From Mesotaenium endlicherianum (Eukaryota), in NCBI GenBank assembly GCA_009602735.1, contig WELA01002258.1, positions 928,244 through 988,065 on the forward strand: 59,822 bases of DNA, in the 5' to 3' direction. Numbering within the stretch: position 1 is the first letter of the stretch; each line of letters opens with the position of its first letter. Position numbers and translations under genes: made by a program. Of the stretch, positions 12,687 through 25,012 are shown piece by piece. The notes under the pieces were generated by a model, which was not told the origin of the DNA, made no database searches, and was given only the letters and a program-made list of their open reading frames with translations.

Positions 12687-13589
12687 AGGCCCATGCCAGT
12701 GAGTAACCCCACTCTGGCTGGCTGGCTGGCTATCTGGCTGGCGGAGCTGGAACACCAGTCATCACCCCGCCACCATTCCCGGCCTGCTGCTGGTTGAGGA
12801 CAGCGCGTGCAGGGCCCCACATCAAAGGCCACCAAGCGCGCATGTCCCTACCTGCGGACGCCAGGCGACCCCCGCAAGGGCCACGTGGCGCGTGCAGACT
12901 GCCACCCTGAGGCGTCCCTCACTTTCCTCCACCCGTAAGTTTCCAAAACTCACTACCCTGCTTCTCCCCTCTCCTCCGCCCCCGGCCCCAGAGCCTCCGC
13001 CCCCGCCCCCCCATCCTTCCCCGCGGCTCTGCCCAAGCTTACTGCGCTCATCCTTGTCTGTGGGAGATAGTGAGTGGGTGGAGGGGTGAGTGGGTGGGAC
13101 GGGTGGTCTGATGTGATGCTCTCATGGCGCCTGCTGTGGTTGGCCTACTTAGTTACTTACGTACAGGTGTCCACTTGGGCGTGCAAGCGCGCACTTGTGT
13201 GTGCGTTAATAAGTGTGCGCGTGCTTTGGTGCCGGGTCGAGCGCGTGTCTGTGTGTCGCGTGATAAGTTGACCTAGTCAATACTGGCACTGGAAGGACAC
13301 CGTGCCTGCCGCTGGGTTGCAACACCACACGCGATCTCATCCGCGCAATTCAGTCACGTCTGGCGCCCTCTTCAAGCATGCAATATGCTCGCTCTTCCTT
13401 CTGGCACCTCTGATGTTCCCCTTACGTTCCCCTTTGTGCAACGGAGATGAAATGTGTGCAGATGTGCTTACATCCTTGCGGCACCCTTATCTGACACCTG
13501 GCGCTGACGCTGGACGGCGAGCTGTGCCCGGACCCCGTGCGTGGCCAGCACCAAAGACGGTTCAAGTCGGTCCCGGAGCAAACGGCACC

Positions 13590-16500
13590 TGGATGCAGCA
13601 TGGGGGCACCTGACTCTGTCTTTGGGAAGTATGTATTCCCCTTTCTGTGCATGCGTATGAGTATGCATGTGTGTCTTTGTGTTGTATGCCCATGCGCGGG
13701 TGCACGTTGACACGTGTGCCTGCGTGTGTGTGTGATTGTGCCTGTGGTTTTGTGTTTATGAGAAGTTCTCGTGAGACTCATCATATCAAGTTAGCTGTAC
13801 AATTGGATCCCGGATTTCAGCAAAACCATACATTGGCGGGTAAACCCATCAAGCTGCCGCCGCTCTCCTTCTCCTGTGCAGTAAATAGTAGTGATGTCTC
13901 ACTTGTTACAACCTTATCATGAGGTTCGTGAGGTGTAAGACATAAAACGAGGATAAGTAGGGAGTAAGCTTGCACATAAACGTGCATGTATTGTCTTTTA
14001 TTTGCAGTCTGAGGCAACAGAATGGCAGTCATGCGCACCACATATACACAACATATATGTAGATTCTCGGCTCTTTGGGCTGACTCTTGTACTGGTGCTG
14101 AACACTACACAAGGCATATTAAGCACAGTGGCATGAAAATATCAAATATTCCAAATTCCATGCTCCCAACTCCCGCAAAGGCTGAGTAGGCACTTCATGT
14201 AGGAATCAGAACATACAGGGTCAAGGCATGCTGTGTCCTCCAGAGCTTGCTGTGATCTGAGAATGCAGCAGGCTGCAAGCATCAAGATTGGAAGGGGGGG
14301 CTGGAGGCAATCATCAGAATCGCAATGTTTTTATTTCTTCTTCCAACATGGGCAATGTACATGATATTGCAATACCTATATACGTTGGACTAGACTTGGC
14401 CAGATCTGGATTCTGACGTTGCATTCAAGCAACTTTGATTGGACTCCTTCTAAGCGGCATGAAGCTCTTATGAAAAGGGTGAGCTTGGTCCCACTGCGGC
14501 CGAGACCTCAACTAGGACGCAAGCAACTGTTTCCGACACCTTAGTAGCAGCAATAAGTACCAGAAAGAGTGAATCTGCTCCCACTGCGGCTTGCTTTCGC
14601 CTTGTAAATGTAACAGTCAGAAGACCTTCGCGATATGTAAAAGATGGCCGACATTATGTCCACATCTTCCCCGTAGTAGTTCTGATCCAGAACGTCATAT
14701 ATGGCAGCATAATAGTTGGGAAGAAGTCGCAGACGAGAGAACCAAAGGTATCTGCCGGAGCTCAGGTAGACAGAGACAGAGTACGAGTAACAGCTATCTC
14801 GTGGGGTCAAGCTGCGAGCAGCAGCCAGGGTGCTCTTCACTTCTTGGACTTCGACCCGCTTGGCTTCCTTCTTCTTTGCAGTGCCCGCCGTGCGCCTCAA
14901 AAGGTCGGTGTCGATGGCAGTGCGGGAGGTGCACATCTTGAGCGTGGGTGTCTCGCCTGTTCAGATTTACGAGATAACGGAAGAGAATGAGTGCCAAAGT
15001 TGACTCAACGTGATGTCTCTACCACTGCGCACATGATATATGTCACGACATAGATCCGGCCTTGGTTCATATATAGCAGTGCAGATCATGCAGCTGAACG
15101 CTGCCAGTACGTAGATAACAAACAGGATCAATCAGGCGTGTGTGGAGACGGGTGGAGGCATGATACGTCTATTTGGGTGTAAATTGATGGAGACCTTTCA
15201 CAAGAGCACATGTAGTGTTCAAGAATAGATGTATACGCGTATTCATAGCTGGGTGCCATATCATCCAGCACGCACACATTTTTGTGTTATGATAATCTTA
15301 CTGCGCACATTTTCATATTTGTGCTACAATTTATGAACGTTTCGTAGAAATGTATACCTGTACAGTTGTGGCCTGTTAGGCAAGTAACCGCAACATCCTT
15401 GCATTCCTCTGCGCTACTCTTTGCAAGAGCTCCATGAAGCGCGCCTGCCAGTGACGTGACCATGGGAACACAGAAATACAAGCAAGTAAGCTCATATCTT
15501 GGGTAGAAGGGAGGCAAGAGCTTGTATTCCTGCGTCTGTATTCACAGCACCAATAGCTGTATATTGATGCAAGAAACACCCTCCTGCAGCCCAGACATAT
15601 TGAATCATGATTGCGTTCTGGCATCCACTCCTAGACATGTTTAAGTTCATCAATGGGACACAAATAGCTACATAATTTATTAGAACAGCGTCAATTACCT
15701 GCTGCAATAAGCAGGAAGAGAAGCTTTGCCGCCACTTTCCCACTTGCCAAGGCCATCTTCTTCGTGCGTTCAAACTGCTGCGCAGAGAGCACCATACAAT
15801 TAGAATGTCACGTGTCAACTGTGAAGTTATACAGTAACGTGGACAACAGCACTGTCCCTGCCATGACCCCAAGCTGCATGAGTCACGCAGACGTCCTCAG
15901 TACTTGCCAATGATGAAAAATATTGTAAGCACTGAAGCACGTTGATTGGTCATAGTTGTGCAAAGAGCCATATGTGCACAGCTACATGTGCGAAGATGAC
16001 ATCCTGGGTTCATATTGCAAGCGTTGACTACCAACATTATAATGTTTATGACTGCCCATATGTGTCCTGTAGATGACGCTTTTGTTGACATATATGTTAG
16101 ACCAACAACACCATACATCGATATGAAGCTCATCAAGTTGTTGCGGTTATATAGTGCAACGACGACATGGCGCCCTTACATCTGTATATAACCGGAGGCG
16201 TCGAGGTCTTACCGGGGTCCGTCGTGAATGTCTCCGAGAGCTTGTTTGCGGGCACGAACACCGGGTCACTTTCTTGGCCAAATGTTACCTTCGCAGGGGT
16301 CAGTCTGCAGAACAACAGCCTGTGTAATCGAGATGTCGATTGTGCAAAAAGCTTCACACGAACTTAATAAATACTGCCACTGGATGAAACCAGATGAAAC
16401 CCTGTCATGGTTCCGGAGGAAACGTGCCCGAGCAGCTGGTCAACTCGGTGTTGAATTTCCCGGACCTTGGTGCGACTCGAGAACGTTGGAAGTGCATGAC

Positions 16501-17040
16501 CTGAGATGACTTGGAAGAAACTGGAGAATTGTTTTGTCAATCGACACAAATTATTGGTATGAATTGGTACGTATAGATTTACTCTAGATTTTCCTTGTAC
16601 CCCCTGTGGAAGAACTGCATGTGAGTCGTGACATGAAAGTTGTTTGATCGGGCGAATAAGACCCTTTCTGAGTCAACGCGGTGGGAAAACTCATCTCAAC
16701 ATCTTGCAATGCCACGAGGGAAGATTAAGACGATCCTGCGGGTAGCTTCCGCGTTCAGAAGCTCGCTTGCGTCCATATTGTCCTCTCAGCTGACATTTTG
16801 TCCCCGTGGACAATTGTCGTCTTCGATTGTTTTTCACAACCGCGATACTTTCACCGAATCACCGTACGAACACCAGTTCAAGCGCAACGCGGGGTCTACT
16901 ACTCAATTGCCCCATGGTCCTCCACCGCCACGGTCCACCAATGCTACCTTGTGGCCAATTTTCTTCCTGCAGCGTGTAGAGTAGACGACTGTGAGCGAGA
17001 ATGACTGACTTTGACCGATCAATAATCGAGTAGGACCGAG
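13590..17040 (-). repeat. Right arm of the inverted duplication, carrying gene copy B
   Basis: Inverted homology to 597-4285. The 16790-17040 part has weaker inverted homology to 50630-50850 (shared blocks GTCAAAGTCA, TAGCATTGGTG, GTTGCGCTTGA, ATCGCGGTT). Confidence 0.85.
14541..15756 (-). CDS. Secreted cysteine-rich protein, 186 aa, 3 exons (copy B)
   Basis: Exons 15756-15699, 15444-15358 and 14956-14541. Same GT-AG phase-1 introns. Protein differs from copy A only by F13L in the signal peptide. Confidence 0.88.
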
Positions 17041-17454
17041 TGAGCCTCTTTCCTGCAGCAGTCTTACGCGGTTCCGCCCACCCGCGTTTACCAGCGTTCA
17101 TGGCGGTTTGCTCCAGTTGCAACCCATGCTCCCCTCTGGGACAAGAAATTCTTTATCGATTCACGCGTAGAGTGCATTTTGGGTTTGCACGTGTTTTGGC
17201 ATAGAAATAATGGCCATCTCTCTTCGGCTTTTTTCGCCCAAACCTTCCCGACACTGTGTGACAAAAGCCATCCGGCCCCCATTTGGCCGAGTGCTTCGGT
17301 ACCGGTCGCTCGTCAGACTCGTCAGAAGTGAAGCGTGCGGACTCAGAATGAACCCGTCTACCACATCGTTAAAAGCGACAGAACATGGTGCCAGGAATTT
17401 GCATTCAGAACAGCGTGTGGACGGAAAAGAGCTCGCCCGGTGCCAGCCAGCTAA

Positions 17455-18522
17455 CAGTGCGTTTGCATTGAGAAGATTTCTCAAAGATTTCAAAGATTTC
17501 AAAGAAATCAACCCATTCTTTGTTACGATGACAGGATCGACGTCTCTCATGAGCCATTTTGTTGAGAATTGATGGCGTCATGAATTCTCAACAAGACTCG
17601 CATCTTGGAAACGACAGAGAACGAGTTTTATTGGCTACAGTACATGCCGCCTATAATAGGTTGGGGCCGACAATTATCTCGACTCCTCGCGAATAGATCC
17701 TCTCCACGAACTCTGGATGAGAAGACTCGCGTCCTGGCACGGACCATAGTAAAAACTTAAATCTTACATCGAACACGAAATCTTCTTCTTCTCATTGGCG
17801 GACAGGGCGCAACATTCGTGATCGGTGCAATCTATCACGCGTGCGCGCCGCAGTTTGAAATCTCCAGGAATCGCGCTTTTTGGTGGGGTGGCGATTATTG
17901 TTCCTCACACCTTCCATTGTGTCATTTTTTTGCATCCTTCGCTTGTCGTTGCTTGACGCCCAAAAGTTTGGGTTGGGCGTCATTTTTGATTTTGCCGGTG
18001 GCTTGCATTTCCGTCCTGTCCCCTTCTCTCCCTTTCCATTTCGAGTGTTTTAGCTGATTGCAGAACTTCACGGCGGATACATTTTTTTTGGATGCCTTTC
18101 GTTGCATAGTTCCTCTTACCCGAGGAGGTCGGTGGAAGTCGGTCATGATGGCGCAGCATAAGTTTGAAACTTGCATTCGTATTAGGCGCGACTTTGCTAA
18201 GACACGCTCAACATCTCAAAGATTTCTAGGACAAACGCGTCGTCGCATAGGACAAAACGCGTAGTCGCAAAAGTGACGTATTTCGTTCGCAAGAAACCTA
18301 AGATTCGACTGTCGACTTCTTCGAGTTCTTCTCAATGCAAACGCACTGTTACTCGTTCTCTGTCGTTTCCAAGATGCGAGTCTTGTTGAGAATTCATGAC
18401 GCCATCGATTCTCTACAAAACGGCTCATGAGAGACGTCGATCCTGTCATCGTTACAAAGAATGGGTTGAAATCTTTGAAATCTTTGAAATCTTTGAGAAA
18501 TCTTCTCAATGCAAACGCACTG
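17455..18522. mobile_element. Non-autonomous PIF/Harbinger-type (Tourist-like) element with ~170-bp terminal inverted repeats
   Basis: Starts CAGTGCGTTTGCATTGAGAAGA and ends TCTTCTCAATGCAAACGCACTG. TAA lies on both sides (17452-17454, 18523-18525), a 3-bp TSD typical of PIF/Harbinger. 17455-17625 is inverted at 18351-18522. No coding capacity. Confidence 0.8.
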
Positions 18523-19485
18523 TAAGTATCCCCAAACTATTAAAACCACTTGATAAATACTAAAGGCGCGCAAACTACACGGTCGACCATTTCGAGCGTG
18601 TGCTGGGCGAGCAGGCATGTGAAATAGATACGCGCGTGCAACCATGGATGCAACATGTGATATTCATTTTCATATTGAAGCTTAATGTTTTATTTAGAGT
18701 GAATTACGAATATAGATATTGGTGTGTCTTTGCATATGTACATATACGGTAGGAAACATGCATACGCCAATTTCCGCTTTCGAGTTGCTTGCATGTGTGC
18801 ACGCGTGCTTGCAAGCGTTTACACATGAAAACCGCAAAATAAGGTATGAAGGACGTGGACGAGCATTGAATGATAATGCAAGTGTGCGCTAAACTACATG
18901 AGAGGGTGCGTGGGTGCGTGCGCCCGTGCATGAGAACAAGCATTTGTACTGTAGTGATTGAGTTATGATATATTTGTTTGCATGTATTTTAATGCTTTTG
19001 AATATATTTGGAGTAGTATTGTCTGAAGTCAAGTGTGAATAGATACTCTAGTGACTTGATTCATGTTCTTGGACCTTCTAAGACATTTTCGAAGTTAGAG
19101 GAAGGACCTAGAAGAACTCTATGTGGCAAAAGTCAAATGTGCCATTTTTAGGTCAAAAGGACATGTGTACTTTATTCTAGAAAAAGGTGGCAAGTTCTGG
19201 GATGTGTTGGGTGCGACCACATTGACATGCACCTTCCTAGAAATTCCTTATGTAGCAAGTATATAAACAAGAGCTAAAACATAGAAAGGGGGGAGAATCA
19301 CTCTTGTACGTTCCAAATTCCAGAAATATATCAACTTTCAAGAAGCCATCTCTCTTTCAAGAAGCTACCACTTGTGTTCAAAGATCCTTGTCTTGAATAG
19401 ATATAGTATTGTATTTTACTAAGTACTTTAGCTATCTGTTTCACTACATTGGTATCGGAGCCAGGCACTTTGGTAGCACAAGAAG

Positions 19486-21437
19486 ATGGCCGATCCTCAA
19501 GATCAACAACAAGCCTTTGAAGGAGGCAATACACCTCCAAGAGACCCTCCTCCAACACCGACGGGAGAGCCCAAAGAAGCAAAACTGCCACCACAAGGAG
19601 GAGCACCATCAGGTCCCGTGGCAGCCGCTGTGGCAAAGTTGACTTCACCGCAAGGAGTTCCTCCAAATGAGGGGGCAGCCTTCCTAACGGCTATTCACAA
19701 CCAAGTGGGCTTGGCCACCTATGAAGCAACCGTACAAGCGTCAAAGCTATAGCTGCCATAACTGCCCCTATTGCAAGCAATATTGCAAATCCAGCCCCGG
19801 ATCCCGCGCCTCCACAAGAGCCTACAATAGCAAAAAAACTCATCAAGCCCGGCAAACCCGACACTTTCAATCCCGGGAAAGGAGCCAAATTGAATTTGTG
19901 GCTCTACCAAGTGGAGACGTACCTCACATTCCTTGAAGTACCCGAGGAGGACTACGTCTCTTTTGCTGTTAACCTTGCTCAGAGGAGCAGCGACATCATG
20001 GTGGCGTAATTATCAAGCGGCTATATATCAAGCTGTGGCGCATCCCGTACCCGGCCGAGAGCCCCCACCATCATATGCAAGATGGGTGGATTTTCGTGAA
20101 GCCCTCCAGAAGCAATTCATGCCCATGAATGCGGAGAAAATTGCTCGAGAAAAGCTTTGCCATCCCAAGCAAACAACATCCGTTCAAGAATATACATCCA
20201 GATTTCATGACCTCACTCTTCAGATCCCCAACATGTCGCTTGAGGAGAAGATTGATTGTTATGTGTCTAGCCTCAAGCCCAAGGTGGCAAAGGAAGTGGA
20301 GTTACACGACGTGACAAACTTCTCAAAGATCATTGAAGTGGCCCAAAAGGTGGATACCTTGGATTTCAAGCATTCGTTGCCTTCATCTTCACCGGCACCG
20401 GCGACGCGGATGTACGCAGCCCCTTCCACATCTCAATCTAGACCCACACCCATGGAAATTGGAGTTATTAAAAGAGATCCCGTGGCTGCCCAGAAGAGTG
20501 AAAGATCCTCCAATGACACTTATGATGCAAGAAACCAGCAAGGAGTGAAAGCAAGACTCTCCCCTGCTAAAAAAGAAGCTCTCATAACGGCTGGACTATG
20601 CTGNGCCTACAATAGCAAAAAAACTCATCAAGCCCGGCAAACCCGACACTTTCAATCCCGGGAAAGGAGCCAAATTGAATTTGTGGCTCTACCAAGTGGA
20701 GACGTACCTCACATTCCTTGAAGTACCCGAGGAGGACTACGTCTCTTTTGCTGTTAACCTTGCTCAGAGGAGCAGCGACATCATGGTGGCGTAATTATCA
20801 AGCGGCTATATATCAAGCTGTGGCGCATCCCGTACCCGGCCGAGAGCCCCCACCATCATATGCAAGATGGGTGGATTTTCGTGAAGCCCTCCAGAAGCAA
20901 TTCATGCCCATGAATGCGGAGAAAATTGCTCGAGAAAAGCTTTGCCATCCCAAGCAAACAACATCCGTTCAAGAATATACATCCAGATTTCATGACCTCA
21001 CTCTTCAGATCCCCAACATGTCGCTTGAGGAGAAGATTGATTGTTATGTGTCTAGCCTCAAGCCCAAGGTGGCAAAGGAAGTGGAATTACACGACGTGAC
21101 AAACTTCTCAAAGATCATTGAAGTGGCCCAAAAGGTGGATACCTTGGATTTCAAGCATTCGTTGCCTTCATCTTCACCGGCACCGGCGACGCGGATGTAC
21201 GCAGCCCCTTCCACATCTCAATCTAGACCCACACCCATGGAAATTGGAGTTATTAAAAGAGATCCCGTGGCTGCCCAGAAGAGTGAAAGATCCTCCAATG
21301 ACACTTATGATGCAAGAAACCAGCAAGGAGTGAAAGCAAGACTCTCCCCTGCTAAAAAAGAAGCTCTCATAACGGCTGGACTATGCTGTTATTGTAAGGA
21401 GAAGGGCCATCGTGCACTCTCGTGCCCCAAAAAATGA
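19486..21437 (+). pseudogene. gag: gag of LTR element 1 (premature stop and frameshift; contains an artefactual tandem duplication)
   Basis: MADPQDQQ... is interrupted by TAG at 19750 and a frameshift near 19835. Retrotransposon-gag motifs LLRGAATSWW, QTTSVQEYTSRF, PTPMEIG and the CCHC knuckle CYCKEKGHRALSC. Confidence 0.9.
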
Positions 21438-21832
21438 TCCAAAAATGGACAGCGCCGGTAGGCTAGGAGCCTACCACCCCAAGGCCCACTTCACAAGAAG
21501 ACAACAAGTCAAGTGAAGACGACGTTCCAGCCCCAATGACTTTGAGAGGCTACCTTGGAGGAGAGAAGGTCCACATCTTGGTGGATAGCGTAGCTCAAGG
21601 CAACTTCATCGCTGCAGATTTTGCCACTAAACATGGTATTACTATGCACTCTTGACCACGACGAGGAGATTATGATGCCCGACGGATTCTCCTGTACTAC
21701 CCCTTCCAAGAAGACGTACCCCTTGGCACTCTCTGTCAAGTCCTTCAAAGATAGAGTAGTAATCTTCCCCATGCAATTGGGCAAGTAGACGTCATCGTAG
21801 GGACGCCTTGGTTGACCAAGCACAACCTCTAA

Positions 21833-24800
21833 GTGGATTGGAGAGACGGTACCATCAAGATCAAGAACGGCATCACTTCAAGCATCTGTAATTTGCGCGC
21901 AATCCAGAATATCCAGATCCAAGACATCAAGAAGCCGGCACACGAGATACTATTGTCTGCCCTCCAACTCAAGGGACTTGTGAGGAAGGGACACAAGCTT
22001 CTTTTGGCCTTGGTCACGCCAAAAGACATCGAGAGCCAAGAAGGCAGCTCCGTTCCTAAGGAGGTACAGGAGTTCTTGGTGGACTACAAAGAGGTGTTCT
22101 CCCCGGAATTGCCCAAGGGCCTACCCCCCAAGAGATTTGTAGACCACAAGATAGAGTTGGAGCCCGGAAGCAAGCCCATCTCTCGGCCTACGTTCAAGAT
22201 GTCATACACGGAGCTAGACGAAGTCAAGAAGCAAATCAAAGAGCTACTGGACCACGGTTTCATTCGACCTAGCAAGTCGCCATTTGGAGCCCCGGTGCTA
22301 TTTGTCAAGAAGGACGGTACTTTGAGGATGTGTGTGGACTATCGCGCCTTCAACAAGATCACCATTAAGAATCGATACCCGCTGCCGCACATGGACGAGC
22401 TAATGGACCGGCTGGTTGGAGCCAAGTACTTCACGAAGATTGACTTACGGAGCGGCTACCACCAGATTTGTATCGCAAAATCGGACATAGAGAAGACAGC
22501 ATTCAGGACAAGATATGGACATTTTGAGTTCATGGTTCTACCATTTGGACTCACCAACGGGCCAGCAACTTTCATGACTATGATGAACACCATATTTCGG
22601 CCCTTGCTGGACAGATTTGTGGTGGTATTTATTGACGACATTCTCATCTACAGCAAGACCCTTCAAGAGCATGGAAGACAAGTGAAAGAAGTGCTCAAAA
22701 TCCTGAAGCGAAACAAGCTAGTTGCAAAGAAGTCAAAGTGTGAGTTTGCCAAACAAGAAGTGGAGTTCCTAGGTCTCCACGTGACTGCTGTTGGCATCAA
22801 GATGGACCCTAAGAAGACCACGGTGGTGGAGGAATGGCCAACCCCCACGACCAAGAAAGAACTCCAATCATTCTTGGGATTTGCCAATTGGTACAGGAGA
22901 TTCATCCAGAGCTTCTCGCGCATAGCAGCCCCCCTGACAAATTTTTCCAAGAAGAATAGGCCATATACATGGACCAAGAAAGAGGAGGAAGCATTCCAAG
23001 AGTTGAAGCAAAGATTGACCACATCCCCCGTGCTCACACTTCCAAGTTCAAACCCAGATTGGCCCTTCCACGTCGTCACCGATGCATCTTCCTATGCAAT
23101 AGGAGCAATCCTGCTCCAAGATCAAGGCAAGGGACTGCAGCCCATCGCCTACGAGTCAAGGAAGCTAAATCCAGCCGAGCTGAATTATACAACTACGGAG
23201 CGAGAGGCATTGGCGATTGTACATGTCTTGAAGGTTTGGCGCTGCTATGTTGAAGGACGCAAGGTGCTGGTCACAACGGACCACGAGGCGTTGAAGCACC
23301 TCCAAACGCAGCCATATTTCTCAAGGAGACAAGCAAGCTGGAGTGAATACTTGCAACAATACAATATCACAATTCAGTACCAGCCCGGTAAGACAAATCC
23401 AGAAGACCCCCTCTCAAGGCTGCAATTGAATGCAGTGATGACATCCGTGAGTACAGATCTGGAAGCTCGATTTTCTGCCGCCTATGACACGGACCCTTAT
23501 TACACGATCGGCGAGGCAGCCCTTAACCCACACAAGGAGCAAGAAGAAACGTATTGGGTGATACAAGACGCAGAACAGAGATGCGTGCCTAGTAATCAAG
23601 AGGTCCGACTCATGTTACTTCAAGAAGCACACGACAACCCACTTGGAGGACACTTTGGAATATTAAAGACCACGGGCGTGCTCGCAAAGACTTATTGCTG
23701 GCCAAGAATGTCTAAGCAAGTCAAAAAGTACTGCAGGAGCTGCAATATATACCAAAGAATCAAACCATCATCACAAAAGGCAAGAGGACTTCTTCAACCA
23801 CTACCAATCTCCAAGAGACAATGGACAGACATCTCCATGGACCTCATTGTGGACTTGCTAGTGACACCACGCGGCTACAATGCAATATTAACAGTGGTGG
23901 ACAGACTTACAAAGATGGCTCTTTTCATCCCAACAACGACCAAGGTTACAGTACCCCAGTTAGCAAGACTCATCTTTGACAATATATTTCGATTACATGG
24001 CCTGCCATCAAGAATAGTGACTGATCGCGACCTGAGATTCACAAGCCATTTTTGGAAATATCTCTTCAAGAACTTGGGTACATCGCTGGACATGTCCACT
24101 GCCTACCACCCGCAATCAGATGGACAAATAGAGCGTATGAATTGTACTCTGAAGACCTCTCTAAAGGCCTACGTGTCTACCCTGGAGCAAGACGGGGACA
24201 TGTACTTGACCCCCTTGAAGTTTGCCTACAACAATACGACGCAGGCCTCTACCCAAGAGTCCCCATTCTTCCTCAACTATGGCTTCCATCCGACCACGCC
24301 GCTGAGCTTCACGGCTAGCCATGATGAATTACCTGCAGCGGCAGACATTTTGGAGACATTAGAAGAAGCCCTTGCAGTAGCCACAAAAGCTCTACAACAC
24401 GCGCAAGATGCTCAAGCAAAAATGGCAAATAGGGCTAGAAGAGAAATTACATACAAAGTGGGCGACACAGTGTTAATATCATCGAAGAACATTTCCCTTA
24501 ACAACAGGCCTGCCGGCAGCAAGTTCTCTCCCAAGTATTTGGGACCCTTCAAGATAATCCAGCAAGTCAACCCGGTTGCTTCCAAGCTAGAGCTTCCCCA
24601 GACTATGCACATCGACCCCGTGTTCCACGCTTCGCTCTTCAAGCGATATGAACAACCCGACAACGAGTTCCCAGGACGTGTGACAACCCCACCAGCCCCA
24701 ACGATAGTGGATGATTATTTGGAGTACGAAGCAGAAGACATATTGGCTATGAGAAATTTCAGGAGACGGCAGCAATACTTGATCAAGTGGAAAGGATATC

Positions 24801-25012
24801 CAGATTCTGAGAACAGTTCGGTGGCGGCGCACTACCTTGACAAAGTTCAAAGAAAGCTGAGACGCTTCCATGCCGCCAACCCCCATCTTGGACCAGCCCC
24901 AAGTCTCTCTATTGGAAGCCCAAAGACTTCGGGGAGGCAGCCTGCCACCATCAAGAAGCAGCAGAAGACCCCTTGGAGGCGACCTGCAAGAACTACAAAG
25001 ATAAAGAATTGA
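21833..25012 (+). CDS. pol: pol of LTR element 1: RT, RNase H, integrase, chromodomain (upstream protease 21530-21830 is disrupted)
   Basis: 1059-aa open frame with [54 protein letters not shown] (D,D-35-E), GPF, and YEAEDIL...YLIKWKGY. The HHCC motif has lost its last Cys (CNIY), so it is probably inactive. Confidence 0.92.
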   Translation: MDWRDGTIKIKNGITSSICNLRAIQNIQIQDIKKPAHEILLSALQLKGLVRKGHKLLLALVTPKDIESQEGSSVPKEVQEFLVDYKEVFSPELPKGLPPKRFVDHKIELEPGSKPISRPTFKMSYTELDEVKKQIKELLDHGFIRPSKSPFGAPVLFVKKDGTLRMCVDYRAFNKITIKNRYPLPHMDELMDRLVGAKYFTKIDLRSGYHQICIAKSDIEKTAFRTRYGHFEFMVLPFGLTNGPATFMTMMNTIFRPLLDRFVVVFIDDILIYSKTLQEHGRQVKEVLKILKRNKLVAKKSKCEFAKQEVEFLGLHVTAVGIKMDPKKTTVVEEWPTPTTKKELQSFLGFANWYRRFIQSFSRIAAPLTNFSKKNRPYTWTKKEEEAFQELKQRLTTSPVLTLPSSNPDWPFHVVTDASSYAIGAILLQDQGKGLQPIAYESRKLNPAELNYTTTEREALAIVHVLKVWRCYVEGRKVLVTTDHEALKHLQTQPYFSRRQASWSEYLQQYNITIQYQPGKTNPEDPLSRLQLNAVMTSVSTDLEARFSAAYDTDPYYTIGEAALNPHKEQEETYWVIQDAEQRCVPSNQEVRLMLLQEAHDNPLGGHFGILKTTGVLAKTYCWPRMSKQVKKYCRSCNIYQRIKPSSQKARGLLQPLPISKRQWTDISMDLIVDLLVTPRGYNAILTVVDRLTKMALFIPTTTKVTVPQLARLIFDNIFRLHGLPSRIVTDRDLRFTSHFWKYLFKNLGTSLDMSTAYHPQSDGQIERMNCTLKTSLKAYVSTLEQDGDMYLTPLKFAYNNTTQASTQESPFFLNYGFHPTTPLSFTASHDELPAAADILETLEEALAVATKALQHAQDAQAKMANRARREITYKVGDTVLISSKNISLNNRPAGSKFSPKYLGPFKIIQQVNPVASKLELPQTMHIDPVFHASLFKRYEQPDNEFPGRVTTPPAPTIVDDYLEYEAEDILAMRNFRRRQQYLIKWKGYPDSENSSVAAHYLDKVQRKLRRFHAANPHLGPAPSLSIGSPKTSGRQPATIKKQQKTPWRRPARTTKIKN

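Noticed and set aside
12003..12835. Long ORFs of 166-250 aa
   Set aside because: Mostly translated N gap; the flanking residues have no recognisable domain.
9100..13590. GC-rich exon-like scraps (e.g. 9450-9720, 10440-10590, 11900-12270, 13495-13590), possibly further MOR1 or other gene relics
   Set aside because: I could not assign a consistent frame, splice pattern or family by eye; needs tBLASTn against the intact locus.
19820..21388. 784-bp tandem duplication inside gag of element 1 (two near-identical gag ORFs)
   Set aside because: The copies differ at one base that I could find and are separated by a single N (20604), the signature of unmerged overlapping contigs. The same pattern occurs at 2901 and 28616. 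Most likely an assembly artefact.
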